This document shows positions 36,484-45,183 of a stretch of 64,000 nucleotides of DNA, piece by piece. The first letter of the stretch is position 1. Each line of letters begins with the position of its first letter. The notes beneath the pieces are model-generated. The model was not told the DNA's origin. It saw nothing but the letters and a program-made list of their open reading frames with translations, and searched no databases. Source of the stretch: Ilumatobacteraceae bacterium (GTDB lineage: Bacteria > Actinomycetota > Acidimicrobiia > Acidimicrobiales > Ilumatobacteraceae); assembly GCA_964203235.1 (NCBI GenBank), contig CAXNLE010000001.1, positions 876,069-940,068 on the forward strand, given 5' to 3'. The position numbers were made by a program, and so were the translations under genes.

Positions 36484-38100
36484 TTAAGCGAGAGTTACGA
36501 GTTCAAGCCACGATTCATTAAAATAGTCTTCTTGGCCGTCTGGCATTAATAAAATTTTTGTTGGTGCTAGTTGCTCAACGAACTCAGCGTCGTGACTGAC
36601 GAGCACAATCGCACCCTCCCAGTTCGATAGTGAGTCAGCGACTGACTGGCGGCTTGAAGGATCAAGGTTGTTCGTCGGCTCGTCAAGCAATAGAAGATTA
36701 TTTTTACCGACCATCATCATCGCTAGAGCAAGTTTCGTCTTTTCGCCACCAGATAAAGTTGCGGACTCTTGATAAACCTTGTCACCAGATAAGCCGAACA
36801 TACCGAGCATGCCGCGCAGTTGAGTTTCAGTTAGACCAAGAGCAGAAGGTGCCTGGTCGCGCATGTGCTCGACAAGGGACCTTTGCGGAATTAGGTTGTC
36901 GTGCTCTTGCGCGTAATAGCCAACTTGAACGTTGTAGCCGTATTTAAATTCACCATTATCGGGTTTGACTTCGCCTGCCAAAATTCGCAACAACGAAGTT
37001 TTACCGGCACCGTTAAGCCCGAGTACGAGCAACCGCTCGCCACGACCAAGATCGAAACTGACATCATGAAAAATATCTGGTCCGCCGAAAGTTTTTCGCA
37101 AGCCACTAACTGTTAGAACGGTTTCACCACAGTGTGGAGGCTCAGGAAATCGTACCTTCATTACACGTGCGCCACGTGCGGCATGCACACGAGTCTCTTC
37201 GATGCGACCAATTCGTTTTTCGATACTGTGCGCCATCGCTGCTTTACTCGCTTTAGCACCAAAGCGATCGACAACTCGTTGTAAACGCTCAATCTCTTTA
37301 CCTTGTTGAGTTGCCTTTTTCGCTTGACGTGCTTCATCCGCTTCGCGTGAAATACCGTATTGCGTATAGGTGCCGCGATATTCGACGATTGTGCCTTCAG
37401 AATCTTCGTCTGGACGATCAAGATGCAACACTCGCGTAATTGCTTCGTCAAGCAGTTCAAGGTCATGACTGATCACTAATAGCGCGCCTTTATACGAACG
37501 CAGAAAATCAAGCATCCAAGTTTTCGCATCAATGTCAAGGTGGTTTGTTGGCTCGTCTAGTAGCAGCGTGTCGCTACCGCTAAAAAGAATGCGCGCGAGT
37601 TCGACGCGACGACGCTCGCCACCTGAAAGAACACCTAGTGCAAGACTTAATCGATCTGGTTTAAGACCTAGACCAGCGGCGATTGCTCGCCCTTCACTGT
37701 CTGCGGCATAACCGCCCTTGATTAGAAAATTTTCTTCTGCTTTTGTGAATTTCGCAACGTTGCTATCACTCGCAGTTTCTTCCATCGCAATGCGAAGTTT
37801 CTCCATGCGGACAATGTCTTCATCGATGCCACGACCCGACAAAATGTGCGAAATTGCTGTTCGTGCATCAAATGACCCCGCGATCCGTGGATCTTGGGGA
37901 AGATAGCCGAACCCACCTTTGCGATTAATGGTTCCAGACTTTGGTTCGTTTGCACCGCCGAGAACTTTAAATAGCGTTGTTTTTCCTGCGCCATTGCGAC
38001 CGACAAGACCGACCTTGTCGCGCGGCATCACTGCGAACGATGCTCCATTGACGACCATCTTGCCCCCAATTTCGACACAGAGATCTTTGACCTGAAGCAC
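36484..38100 (-). CDS. ABC-F family ATPase (two ABC domains, no TM domain)
   Basis: 538 aa with two Walker A motifs (GRNGAGKTT, GLNGAGKTS), two LSGGE signatures and a charged inter-domain linker. Confidence 0.9.
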   Translation of the reverse strand: MLQVKDLCVEIGGKMVVNGASFAVMPRDKVGLVGRNGAGKTTLFKVLGGANEPKSGTINRKGGFGYLPQDPRIAGSFDARTAISHILSGRGIDEDIVRMEKLRIAMEETASDSNVAKFTKAEENFLIKGGYAADSEGRAIAAGLGLKPDRLSLALGVLSGGERRRVELARILFSGSDTLLLDEPTNHLDIDAKTWMLDFLRSYKGALLVISHDLELLDEAITRVLHLDRPDEDSEGTIVEYRGTYTQYGISREADEARQAKKATQQGKEIERLQRVVDRFGAKASKAAMAHSIEKRIGRIEETRVHAARGARVMKVRFPEPPHCGETVLTVSGLRKTFGGPDIFHDVSFDLGRGERLLVLGLNGAGKTSLLRILAGEVKPDNGEFKYGYNVQVGYYAQEHDNLIPQRSLVEHMRDQAPSALGLTETQLRGMLGMFGLSGDKVYQESATLSGGEKTKLALAMMMVGKNNLLLLDEPTNNLDPSSRQSVADSLSNWEGAIVLVSHDAEFVEQLAPTKILLMPDGQEDYFNESWLELVTLA

Positions 38101-38156
38101 CCGTCAAGGCTCGCACCGCTTTTGCCTCACCGCAACCTGTACACGAATCATCTAGT

Positions 38157-38954
38157 GTGATTCACGTGACTGGTGCTTCATTGGTTCTTTTAGGTTCTGC
38201 GATGGCGATCACTTGCATGATGCTTATCGTCTGGCTGATCAGTCTCAAAATGCGAGATGCGTCAATTGTCGACATCGCTTGGGGCTCAGGTTTTGTTGTT
38301 GTCGCGTGGGTTAGTTTTTGGTTGAGCGAGGGCGAGCCGACACGAAGTTTGCTACTTACATTGCTGACAACAATTTGGGGATTGCGTCTCGCATTTTATT
38401 TAGCGAAGCGCAATCTTGGTCACGGCGAGGACTTTCGATATCAATCAATGCGACGAAAGCATGGTGAAAAGTTTGCAATTGTTAGTTTGTATTCGGTTTT
38501 TGGTGTGCAAGGTTTACTGATGTGGATTGTTTCTTTGCCAGTGCAACTTGGACAGGTTCGAGATTCACCAAGCTTTGGTGTAATAGGCGCAGCAGGGGTC
38601 TTGGTTTGGGGTGTCGGTATGTTTTTTGAAGCTGTTGGTGATGCCCAACTTGCGAAGTTCAAACGGGACCCTGCGAATAAGGGTTTAGTGATGAACCGAG
38701 GTTTATGGCGCTACACACGTCACCCAAATTATTTTGGTGACTCATGTGTTTGGGCTGGGCTGGGACTCATTGCAGCTGAATCAAGCCTTGGTATTTTCGG
38801 CTTACTTGGCCCAGTTGTCATGACCATTTTGCTGGTCAAAGTTTCAGGAGCAGCCCTGCTTGATCGTGCGATGCTCAAGCGCAAGCCCGGCTACGAAAAA
38901 TACGTCGCCTCTACTTCGGGCTTTATCCCTCGCCCACCGCGCAGACTTAATTAA
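38157..38954 (+). CDS. DUF1295 / steroid 5-alpha-reductase-like membrane protein
   Basis: 265 aa and polytopic. GLWRYTRHPNYFGD is typical of the family. Confidence 0.75.
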   Translation: MIHVTGASLVLLGSAMAITCMMLIVWLISLKMRDASIVDIAWGSGFVVVAWVSFWLSEGEPTRSLLLTLLTTIWGLRLAFYLAKRNLGHGEDFRYQSMRRKHGEKFAIVSLYSVFGVQGLLMWIVSLPVQLGQVRDSPSFGVIGAAGVLVWGVGMFFEAVGDAQLAKFKRDPANKGLVMNRGLWRYTRHPNYFGDSCVWAGLGLIAAESSLGIFGLLGPVVMTILLVKVSGAALLDRAMLKRKPGYEKYVASTSGFIPRPPRRLN

Positions 38955-38960
38955 TTAGTT

Positions 38961-40493
38961 TTAAGGCGCTTTAGGGAGTTCGCGAAGAACATAAACGCGT
39001 GTAATTTTGCCGAGTACATTCATCGACTCGCGATGCAAAATTCTCTCTTTTATCAATTTTTCGCCCTCTAGGGAAGTTTGAATAACTTCGTATCTAATTT
39101 CGGCGGAGTTGATTCCATAAAAATGCTGTCCTGCGTGCACGCTGATTGGTGAAGCACTTGATTGATTTATTACACGGTTCTGCTCCATCCAAATAGCCAT
39201 ATTCTCTGAGGCATTTCCTTGGGCACGCAAATAAGAGAGCCCCAGCAAAGATACTGCAGCAAACCCCAGCGCAGTTACCCCCCAAGTTAAGTTACGCAAT
39301 TTCGAGCTCAAAATACCTGAGGCATCAACAACCAAAATGAGCGCACCTGGTACCACCAACATCACATAACGCTGGGTTGGGAGAGTAAACGAAATCATTA
39401 CCAAACTCGGGACTACCCCAAAAAATAAAACTCTAGATATTCGGGCCCGTGATTGCATAACTTTTAAAAGCACTAAAAAAACAGCAAAACCCACAACAAA
39501 ACCGGCTGTCTGAATTCCACGCAGCATGTTGATGCCAAATGGAAATCCCCCGCCAAAATCCATCTCGGCTACTTGAATACTTGAAAAATAAACACCAAAA
39601 ATTATCGCTGCCGAAACCGATATCAAGCCAAAAAACTGGCTCTTTTTATCTTTGAGACTTTTCGAAATTATAAATAGTGGCAATGGACCAAGACAGATTC
39701 CCAAAAAGACAAGATACTTACTAAAAGTAACTAGAAATTTCGGAAGGTCAAAAAAGTTGGGTTTACCTGGACCATATCCATAAGAAATAAAAACTGAATA
39801 CTTTGCGTACAGCCACCAAATATAAACAGATAAGATCGCACCGGGCACTAACACATAGATCGCAATATCTCGGCGAATCAATTTAGAACTTCGCCTCAAC
39901 TCTGTTTTGTCTAGAACCGCGATTGCGATGAATGCCGCACCAAAATATATAGGGATGTACTTGGTGACAATAGCTAGCCCAAAGATCAATGAAGCAATTA
40001 GTGGTTTGACCCAACTTTCATGTTTATTTTCATACGCGATTGCAATCGCTAACATCAGTAGTCCAACCTGCAACACATCGGCGGTACTAGACGTCGCAAA
40101 CGCAAAGAATAATGGATTTAGAATAATCAAACTGGACCAAAAATAGAATAACGAGCGACGACCTTGCCAGCGATCGCGAGTCAGTATCCAGCCTGAAACA
40201 ATTATCATCAATCCACCGCACAGCGAAGGCAATTTTGCCAACCAAAACCAATCGTGATATCCGAAAATCTTGTAGATGATTGCTAATACAAATGAATACC
40301 CAAGTGGATTAGCTTGAACAGCGAAATAAGTGTCAATTTGGCCTGCGTATTGTGAGTCAGACAGTGCCCTAGCAGCCATTGAGAAAGGGTATTCGAGGTT
40401 CACATAACCGCGGCCCATCCACGGTGCGTACAACACGACCATCGCTAGCAACATGTAACAAACTGGAGAATTGCGCTTTAAGAATAACTTCAT
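38961..40493 (-). CDS. polytopic GT-C-type glycosyltransferase (ArnT/PMT-like), tentative
   Basis: 510 aa with more than 10 TM helices and a C-terminal soluble domain. The call rests on architecture only; no diagnostic motif was confirmed. Confidence 0.45.
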   Translation of the reverse strand: MKLFLKRNSPVCYMLLAMVVLYAPWMGRGYVNLEYPFSMAARALSDSQYAGQIDTYFAVQANPLGYSFVLAIIYKIFGYHDWFWLAKLPSLCGGLMIIVSGWILTRDRWQGRRSLFYFWSSLIILNPLFFAFATSSTADVLQVGLLMLAIAIAYENKHESWVKPLIASLIFGLAIVTKYIPIYFGAAFIAIAVLDKTELRRSSKLIRRDIAIYVLVPGAILSVYIWWLYAKYSVFISYGYGPGKPNFFDLPKFLVTFSKYLVFLGICLGPLPLFIISKSLKDKKSQFFGLISVSAAIIFGVYFSSIQVAEMDFGGGFPFGINMLRGIQTAGFVVGFAVFLVLLKVMQSRARISRVLFFGVVPSLVMISFTLPTQRYVMLVVPGALILVVDASGILSSKLRNLTWGVTALGFAAVSLLGLSYLRAQGNASENMAIWMEQNRVINQSSASPISVHAGQHFYGINSAEIRYEVIQTSLEGEKLIKERILHRESMNVLGKITRVYVLRELPKAP

Positions 40494-40512
40494 AATTGCC
40501 TGTCAACCATTG

Positions 40513-40584
40513 AGCGGACGACGGGATTTGAACCCGCGACCCTCACCTTGGCAAGGTGATGCTCTACCACTGAGCCACGTCCGC
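40513..40584 (-). tRNA. tRNA-Gly (GCC)
   Basis: Manual cloverleaf: GCGGACG-TG-GCTC-AGTGGTA-GAGC-A-TCACC-TTGCCAA-GGTGA-GGGTC-GCGGG-TTCAAAT-CCCGT-CGTCCGC. Confidence 0.9.
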
Positions 40585-40608
40585 ATTTACTTCGGTTACT
40601 TCACTTAC

Positions 40609-41550
40609 TTAAGGCTTTGAGTTTAGCAACGGGTCGGCAGTACTCAACAGTTCATTATTCAACTTTATTGAGTTAGTTAAACGCACAACCCCAGCGAGTG
40701 ACACAAGCACAACTGCCCCGCCAAGCATCTGAATCAAAGAAATCTGTTGTTTATAGACAAGCCATGCGCCAGTGGATGAAATTACCGGGCCGAGTAGCAA
40801 GATCATTGATGAAACCGACGCATCAACATATTTCTGAGCCCAAATCATGAAACTGTGCCCAATCGTGCCTGAAAACAATGTCATTGCAAGCAAGAAGCCA
40901 AGATCTCGCCACGAGATCTCAAGAATGTCTTTACTAGTGATCAGCGCATAAGGAACAACAACACAAACCTGAATAACACTTACACCAAACAAAAACTGCC
41001 ATGTATCGACGCCATCTACGCGTCGGCGTTTCGATGAGATGAAATAGAGCGTCCATAAAATTGCATTTATCAACGCTAAAAAATCACCATGGTACGTAGA
41101 GCCGCCTGTGTTGCCCGCACCAACCACAATCGCCATTACCCCGACGAAACTTGTCAATGCCAAAACTATTTGCAAACCAGAAACTTTCTCATTGAGATAT
41201 TTTGGAGCCACGAACAAAACCATCGCTGTTGAAATATTCCCGATAATCGTGGCGTTAGCAACTGAAGTCGTCGTGATTGCCGTGAAGCCAAAAATTGTTG
41301 AAGCACCAAATAACACTCCAGGTACAAACACTGATTTCAGCAAACCCTTATTTAGACGCGAACCATTGCGTCGAACGAATAGATAGAGCAATGGCGGCCA
41401 AAACAACACCCGGTAAAACAAAATTGAATTAATTGAAATTGCAGGAGCCAAGAAGAGTAACGGTCCAACACCCCACGCAAAAACCGCCACGAAAACGGCA
41501 AGAATAGGAAACTCGGTAATCTTCTTGCGACCAAACGCAAGGATGCTCAC
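40609..41550 (-). CDS. EamA/DMT-family transporter
   Basis: 313 aa with about 10 TM segments in two similar halves. Confidence 0.75.
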   Translation of the reverse strand: MSILAFGRKKITEFPILAVFVAVFAWGVGPLLFLAPAISINSILFYRVLFWPPLLYLFVRRNGSRLNKGLLKSVFVPGVLFGASTIFGFTAITTTSVANATIIGNISTAMVLFVAPKYLNEKVSGLQIVLALTSFVGVMAIVVGAGNTGGSTYHGDFLALINAILWTLYFISSKRRRVDGVDTWQFLFGVSVIQVCVVVPYALITSKDILEISWRDLGFLLAMTLFSGTIGHSFMIWAQKYVDASVSSMILLLGPVISSTGAWLVYKQQISLIQMLGGAVVLVSLAGVVRLTNSIKLNNELLSTADPLLNSKP

Positions 41551-41777
41551 TTTGAATTTTCGGGTGGGCGCAAATCAATTCTCAGGGTCAAGACTCCATC
41601 CTCAATAGTCGCAGTAGCATCGCCGAGCATCGCAAAATCTTGAAAGTCAGATTGCGCCTGCGCCAGAAAATGTTGGCGCTCTTCACCTGCGACGGGTGGC
41701 AATGGCCGACGTTTCACTGATGCTGCACGATCACGAAACCTCGCAATCATTTCTGTCGGGTTAAACGTCTCGGCCAT
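41547..41777 (-). CDS. hypothetical 76-aa protein
   Basis: The ORF overlaps the EamA start by 4 nt. No motif was recognised. Confidence 0.45.
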   Translation of the reverse strand: MAETFNPTEMIARFRDRAASVKRRPLPPVAGEERQHFLAQAQSDFQDFAMLGDATATIEDGVLTLRIDLRPPENSK

Positions 41778-41786
41778 AAGACAAAA

Positions 41787-42017
41787 CTAGTTGTTGGCTA
41801 ACCCTGAGTGTTGATTCTCAGAAACATCGATTCGCACCGCATCTAATAGACGAATCTTTTCTCTATCGCTAGCCCTGACAAAGTTGCGATCCCCCATAAT
41901 TTCAAGAGGAGCAAGAACTTCCGGATCAGGCCGAGCCGCGTTCCAGAACCAAATCGTCACGCCGACCAATCCGCCACCGACAGCAATCATGATTAGGCCT
42001 AAAAACTTTAAAGACAC
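41787..42017 (-). CDS. hypothetical 76-aa membrane-anchored protein
   Basis: It has one N-terminal TM helix (FLGLIMIAVGGGLVGVTIWFW). No motif was recognised. Confidence 0.4.
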   Translation of the reverse strand: MSLKFLGLIMIAVGGGLVGVTIWFWNAARPDPEVLAPLEIMGDRNFVRASDREKIRLLDAVRIDVSENQHSGLANN

Positions 42018-42144
42018 GGCAGTGTTTTACACATGGGTCTAACGGCGCAATAACTTCTTAGAGTTATTGAAATTTAAGCAACGATTCATTTAAACCTCAA
42101 TTCTATGTGCAATGGTCTCAATGAAGATGGCAAAATAGACTCTA

Positions 42145-42537
42145 ATGAATAGCGATATTTCTAATGCCATTTCAGTCGTGTCTTTTTTTGCCGTGGGTTT
42201 TGGCTTACTCAAGTTATTAAATCGTTTTGAACCACAATGGGTGTCAAAAGATGGTCAGAGATTTACAGCGAAAATTTCTCTAGACAGTGCGAAAACCGAT
42301 AAGTTCACCGAAGTCAGAGTGCTAGTTGACGGCAAAAAGATATTCATCTCTGGGCGCGGGCGAAAAGCCAAAACTCTAAAAGGCAAATGGGCCATGTCGT
42401 ATTCTGCAGATACTCAAGATGCTCGTCGCCGTCACTATGTAATTGTGCGCTCGGGCGACACAAAACCAAACGCCCTGTTAAGCGTGCCGGCATCAAGCCG
42501 ATGCATCGCCGTGCTTGATGCTCTAACTAAGGCTTAA
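42145..42537 (+). CDS. hypothetical 130-aa membrane-anchored protein
   Basis: It has an N-terminal hydrophobic segment followed by a basic soluble part. No motif was recognised. Confidence 0.45.
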   Translation: MNSDISNAISVVSFFAVGFGLLKLLNRFEPQWVSKDGQRFTAKISLDSAKTDKFTEVRVLVDGKKIFISGRGRKAKTLKGKWAMSYSADTQDARRRHYVIVRSGDTKPNALLSVPASSRCIAVLDALTKA

Positions 42538-42546
42538 TCAATCGCA

Positions 42547-43719
42547 TTAAAGCGAATGTTTTCGCAAAAATTCAACAAGCGGTTTGCCGACTTGATCTAG
42601 ATTGATCAAAAATGCATCATGTCCATGCGGAGAATCAATTTCAACATATTCACATGATCCACCTGAATCGTTAATTATGTCACGAATCTGCTTCTGTTGA
42701 TAAGACGGATACAAAATATCACTCGAAATACCCATAGACAACACAGGTGCAGTGATTCGTGACGCAGCAGTTTGCAAACTGCCACGTCCGCGGGCGACGT
42801 CATGAAGATCCATCGCCTTACCAATAATCAAATAACTATTGGTATCAAAGCGTCGAATGAGTTTGTCGCCGTGGTGATCTAGATAGTTCTCAACTTCGAA
42901 CTTGTCCCACAATCCAAGACCGTTATAGTCGGCATTCGTATCTGCTAACTCTCGACCGAAACGATCGGTGAAGACGTTGTCACTACGAAATGTCACTTGA
43001 GCAACCATTCGCGCAATCGCCAAGCCTTGCCACGGTCCATCGCCGATTGCAGCATCGTAGTAATCACCACCACGCCACCTTGGATCAAGGCGAATAGATC
43101 TGCGCCCAATCGCCCCCCATGCAATTTGTTGTGCGGTTGCTTGGAGACACGTAGCAATCGGCACAAGAGTTCGTACGCGATGAGGAAATGTGACTCCCCA
43201 TTCGAGAACTTGCATACCGCCCATTGATCCACCGATAACACAATGCCAAACATCAATACCGAGCATGTCGCTGACACGAACTTGAGCGCGCACCATGTCG
43301 CGAACCGTGATCACTGGAAAACGTGAACCATATGGCTTGCCATCAGATGGGTGCAGCGATGCGGGCCCGGTTGAACCCTGACAACCGCCGAGCGAGTTGG
43401 TGCAAACAACAAAATATTTATCGGTGTCAATTGCGCAACCAGAACCAACAAGACCATCCCACCAACCTGGTGTTGGCTGGCCGTCTTGCGCGCTACCTGC
43501 AGCGTGTGAGTCGCCTGTCCATGCGTGGCACAACAAAATCGCATTCGACTTATCGCTATTCAACTCTCCCCAAGTTTCATACGCAATAGTCACCTGCTGC
43601 AGAGTTTTGCCGCTGTCGAGTGCAACGGGGCGATCCTTTGGAAATTCTAAAAACTTGCGAGTGCCAAAAGCTGCGCCTTCATACCATGCACCTGTCGCCG
43701 GATAATCTGTTCGCATCAT
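42547..43719 (-). CDS. metX: homoserine O-acetyltransferase
   Basis: Alpha/beta hydrolase with nucleophile elbow IGGSMGGMQ and a typical MetX N-terminus. The track start is TTG 43746; I prefer ATG 43719, preceded by AAAGGA. Confidence 0.9.
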   Translation of the reverse strand: MMRTDYPATGAWYEGAAFGTRKFLEFPKDRPVALDSGKTLQQVTIAYETWGELNSDKSNAILLCHAWTGDSHAAGSAQDGQPTPGWWDGLVGSGCAIDTDKYFVVCTNSLGGCQGSTGPASLHPSDGKPYGSRFPVITVRDMVRAQVRVSDMLGIDVWHCVIGGSMGGMQVLEWGVTFPHRVRTLVPIATCLQATAQQIAWGAIGRRSIRLDPRWRGGDYYDAAIGDGPWQGLAIARMVAQVTFRSDNVFTDRFGRELADTNADYNGLGLWDKFEVENYLDHHGDKLIRRFDTNSYLIIGKAMDLHDVARGRGSLQTAASRITAPVLSMGISSDILYPSYQQKQIRDIINDSGGSCEYVEIDSPHGHDAFLINLDQVGKPLVEFLRKHSL

Positions 43720-43799
43720 TGGTTGATCCTTTCTTGTACTAATCAAAGTAGAAGATCAAAAACTTGCGTCAGAGTTCGGCCGTTGCTCCGCAAATGCGG

Positions 43800-43885
43800 A
43801 ACCACATCCCCACCCGAAGGTGAGCTGGCACCGTGGGCTCTAAACCCCGGTTGCCGGACCAAATTGGCCACTCCTGATGCAACTT
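43800..43885 (-). promoter_or_regulatory. SAM riboswitch-like leader (SAM-I clan, SAM-IV or SAM-I/IV-like)
   Basis: The RNA is GCAUCAGGAGUGGCCAAUUUGGUCCGGCAACCGGGGUUUAGAGCCCACGGUGCCAGCUCACCUUCGGGUGGGGAUGU. It has closing helix GCAUC/GAUGU, GGCC/GGUC hairpin, the conserved CGGCAACC and GGUGCC elements, and an extra UUCG-capped hairpin. It lies in the 5' leader of metX. Confidence 0.6.
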
Positions 43886-43979
43886 CTTGCGCTCCCACTC
43901 TCGTGGCATTGCTGAAACAACGATAGCGGGATAGCCTCACTAATAACACGCGATTGGAGTTGGGTGTTGGAGTTATCTG

Positions 43980-44426
43980 CTAGTCAGACGATTCTAAAGC
44001 GCATGCCGCTGTACCGCCAGGCAGATGTTGACGATTTTTGGCAATTAATTTATAGATTGCGGATGAAAATACACGAATAATCGGCAAGTCGATTAACACG
44101 CCCAACACTGGCCATGCTCCGTTGGCAGTTTTCAATAGCTCAGAAACAGCGCGACTACCTGATCGAATTATTCCTTCACTGTTAACCCACTGCAATGCTT
44201 GATTACATTGTTCGGTTGTTAAGCCGAGAACATTCAGATCTGCTTTTTGATGCGCAACAATTTTTGCTGACGTATGCACTCGACGCTGAATGAAGTTTAC
44301 ACAGCGCGCGCAAAATGCGCAGTCGCCATCCCAAATCAAAAACGATTTCTCCGCGTTAGTTCTTGCGTGTGACATAATTCTAAGTTTACTAGCAGGATTA
44401 CCAGCAGGATTACCAGCAACAACCAA
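43980..44426 (-). CDS. DCC-family thiol-disulfide oxidoreductase (DUF393)
   Basis: IWDGDCAFCARCV is the DCC motif. The real start is possibly MSHARTN at 44375. Confidence 0.8.
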   Translation of the reverse strand: MVVAGNPAGNPASKLRIMSHARTNAEKSFLIWDGDCAFCARCVNFIQRRVHTSAKIVAHQKADLNVLGLTTEQCNQALQWVNSEGIIRSGSRAVSELLKTANGAWPVLGVLIDLPIIRVFSSAIYKLIAKNRQHLPGGTAACALESSD

Positions 44427-44445
44427 TTAGATACGCTTAGGCGAA

Positions 44446-45183
44446 ATGTATAAGTTTCTAATTAAGCCAATTTGGCTTTTATTACATGTGACGGTTGTTG
44501 CAACAATTCTATCGATGGTCAACTTGGCGCTCTGGCAAATCGGTAGATACCACGAAAAAGTTGAATTTAATCAAACTGTCAAAGAGCGAATAAGCGCACC
44601 GATCTTGCCTGTCGAGCAGTTACTTGATGCTATTAAGAGTCGTTCAGAGTCGCCAGAAACCGTTGAGTGGCGAACAGTACTAGTGGTGGGCGAATACATC
44701 GATGGCGAAACTGTTGAAGCGGTCAATCGCGCCCAAGATGGTTATTCAGGCAAAGATCCACTCACGCCCATCCGTTTGGCAAATAATCAATTGTTATTAA
44801 TGAATCGTGGATTCATTTCAATTTCGAAAGATGTTGGCCCAGCGCCACTTGGTCAAGTACAAATCATTGGTCGCGTCAGAGCACCAGAAATTCGTCGTCG
44901 CTTTCGCATCAGCGACCCAGCGCAAGGCGAACTTTTAGAGATGAGCAATATTGACCTAGAGCGACTGAATATGCAAATGCCCTCAGAGCTAGCGCCAATA
45001 TACGTTGAAGTTCTTGAATCTAAACCATCAGACTCGCCCGAACTATCCCGTATTGCGGCTCCGGCGCTATCTACAGGCTCGCATCTGAGCTACACATTTC
45101 AATGGTTTACATTTTCAGTGTTTGTATTGGCCGGCTGGATAATAGTGATCCGCCGAAAAATCAATTCGTTGAAAACTACTTAA
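44446..45183 (+). CDS. SURF1-family cytochrome oxidase assembly protein
   Basis: 245 aa with TM helices at both ends. The N-terminal ..LALWQIGRYHEK.. and C-terminal HLSYTFQWF patterns are typical of SURF1. Confidence 0.75.
   Translation: MYKFLIKPIWLLLHVTVVATILSMVNLALWQIGRYHEKVEFNQTVKERISAPILPVEQLLDAIKSRSESPETVEWRTVLVVGEYIDGETVEAVNRAQDGYSGKDPLTPIRLANNQLLLMNRGFISISKDVGPAPLGQVQIIGRVRAPEIRRRFRISDPAQGELLEMSNIDLERLNMQMPSELAPIYVEVLESKPSDSPELSRIAAPALSTGSHLSYTFQWFTFSVFVLAGWIIVIRRKINSLKTT

Noticed and set aside
41547-42017. Two adjacent same-frame 76-aa ORFs that might be a second stop-codon read-through or Sec case.
   Set aside because: The separating stop is TAG (41787..41789), not TGA. The downstream ORF has its own ATG 9 nt later, and no motif spans the junction.
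44391-44414. A perfect 12-bp tandem duplication AGCAGGATTACC x2 (encoding GNPAGNPA in the long ORF version of the DCC-family gene).
   Set aside because: It is only two copies. It probably lies in the 5' untranslated region if the gene starts at 44375, and there is no evidence of function.
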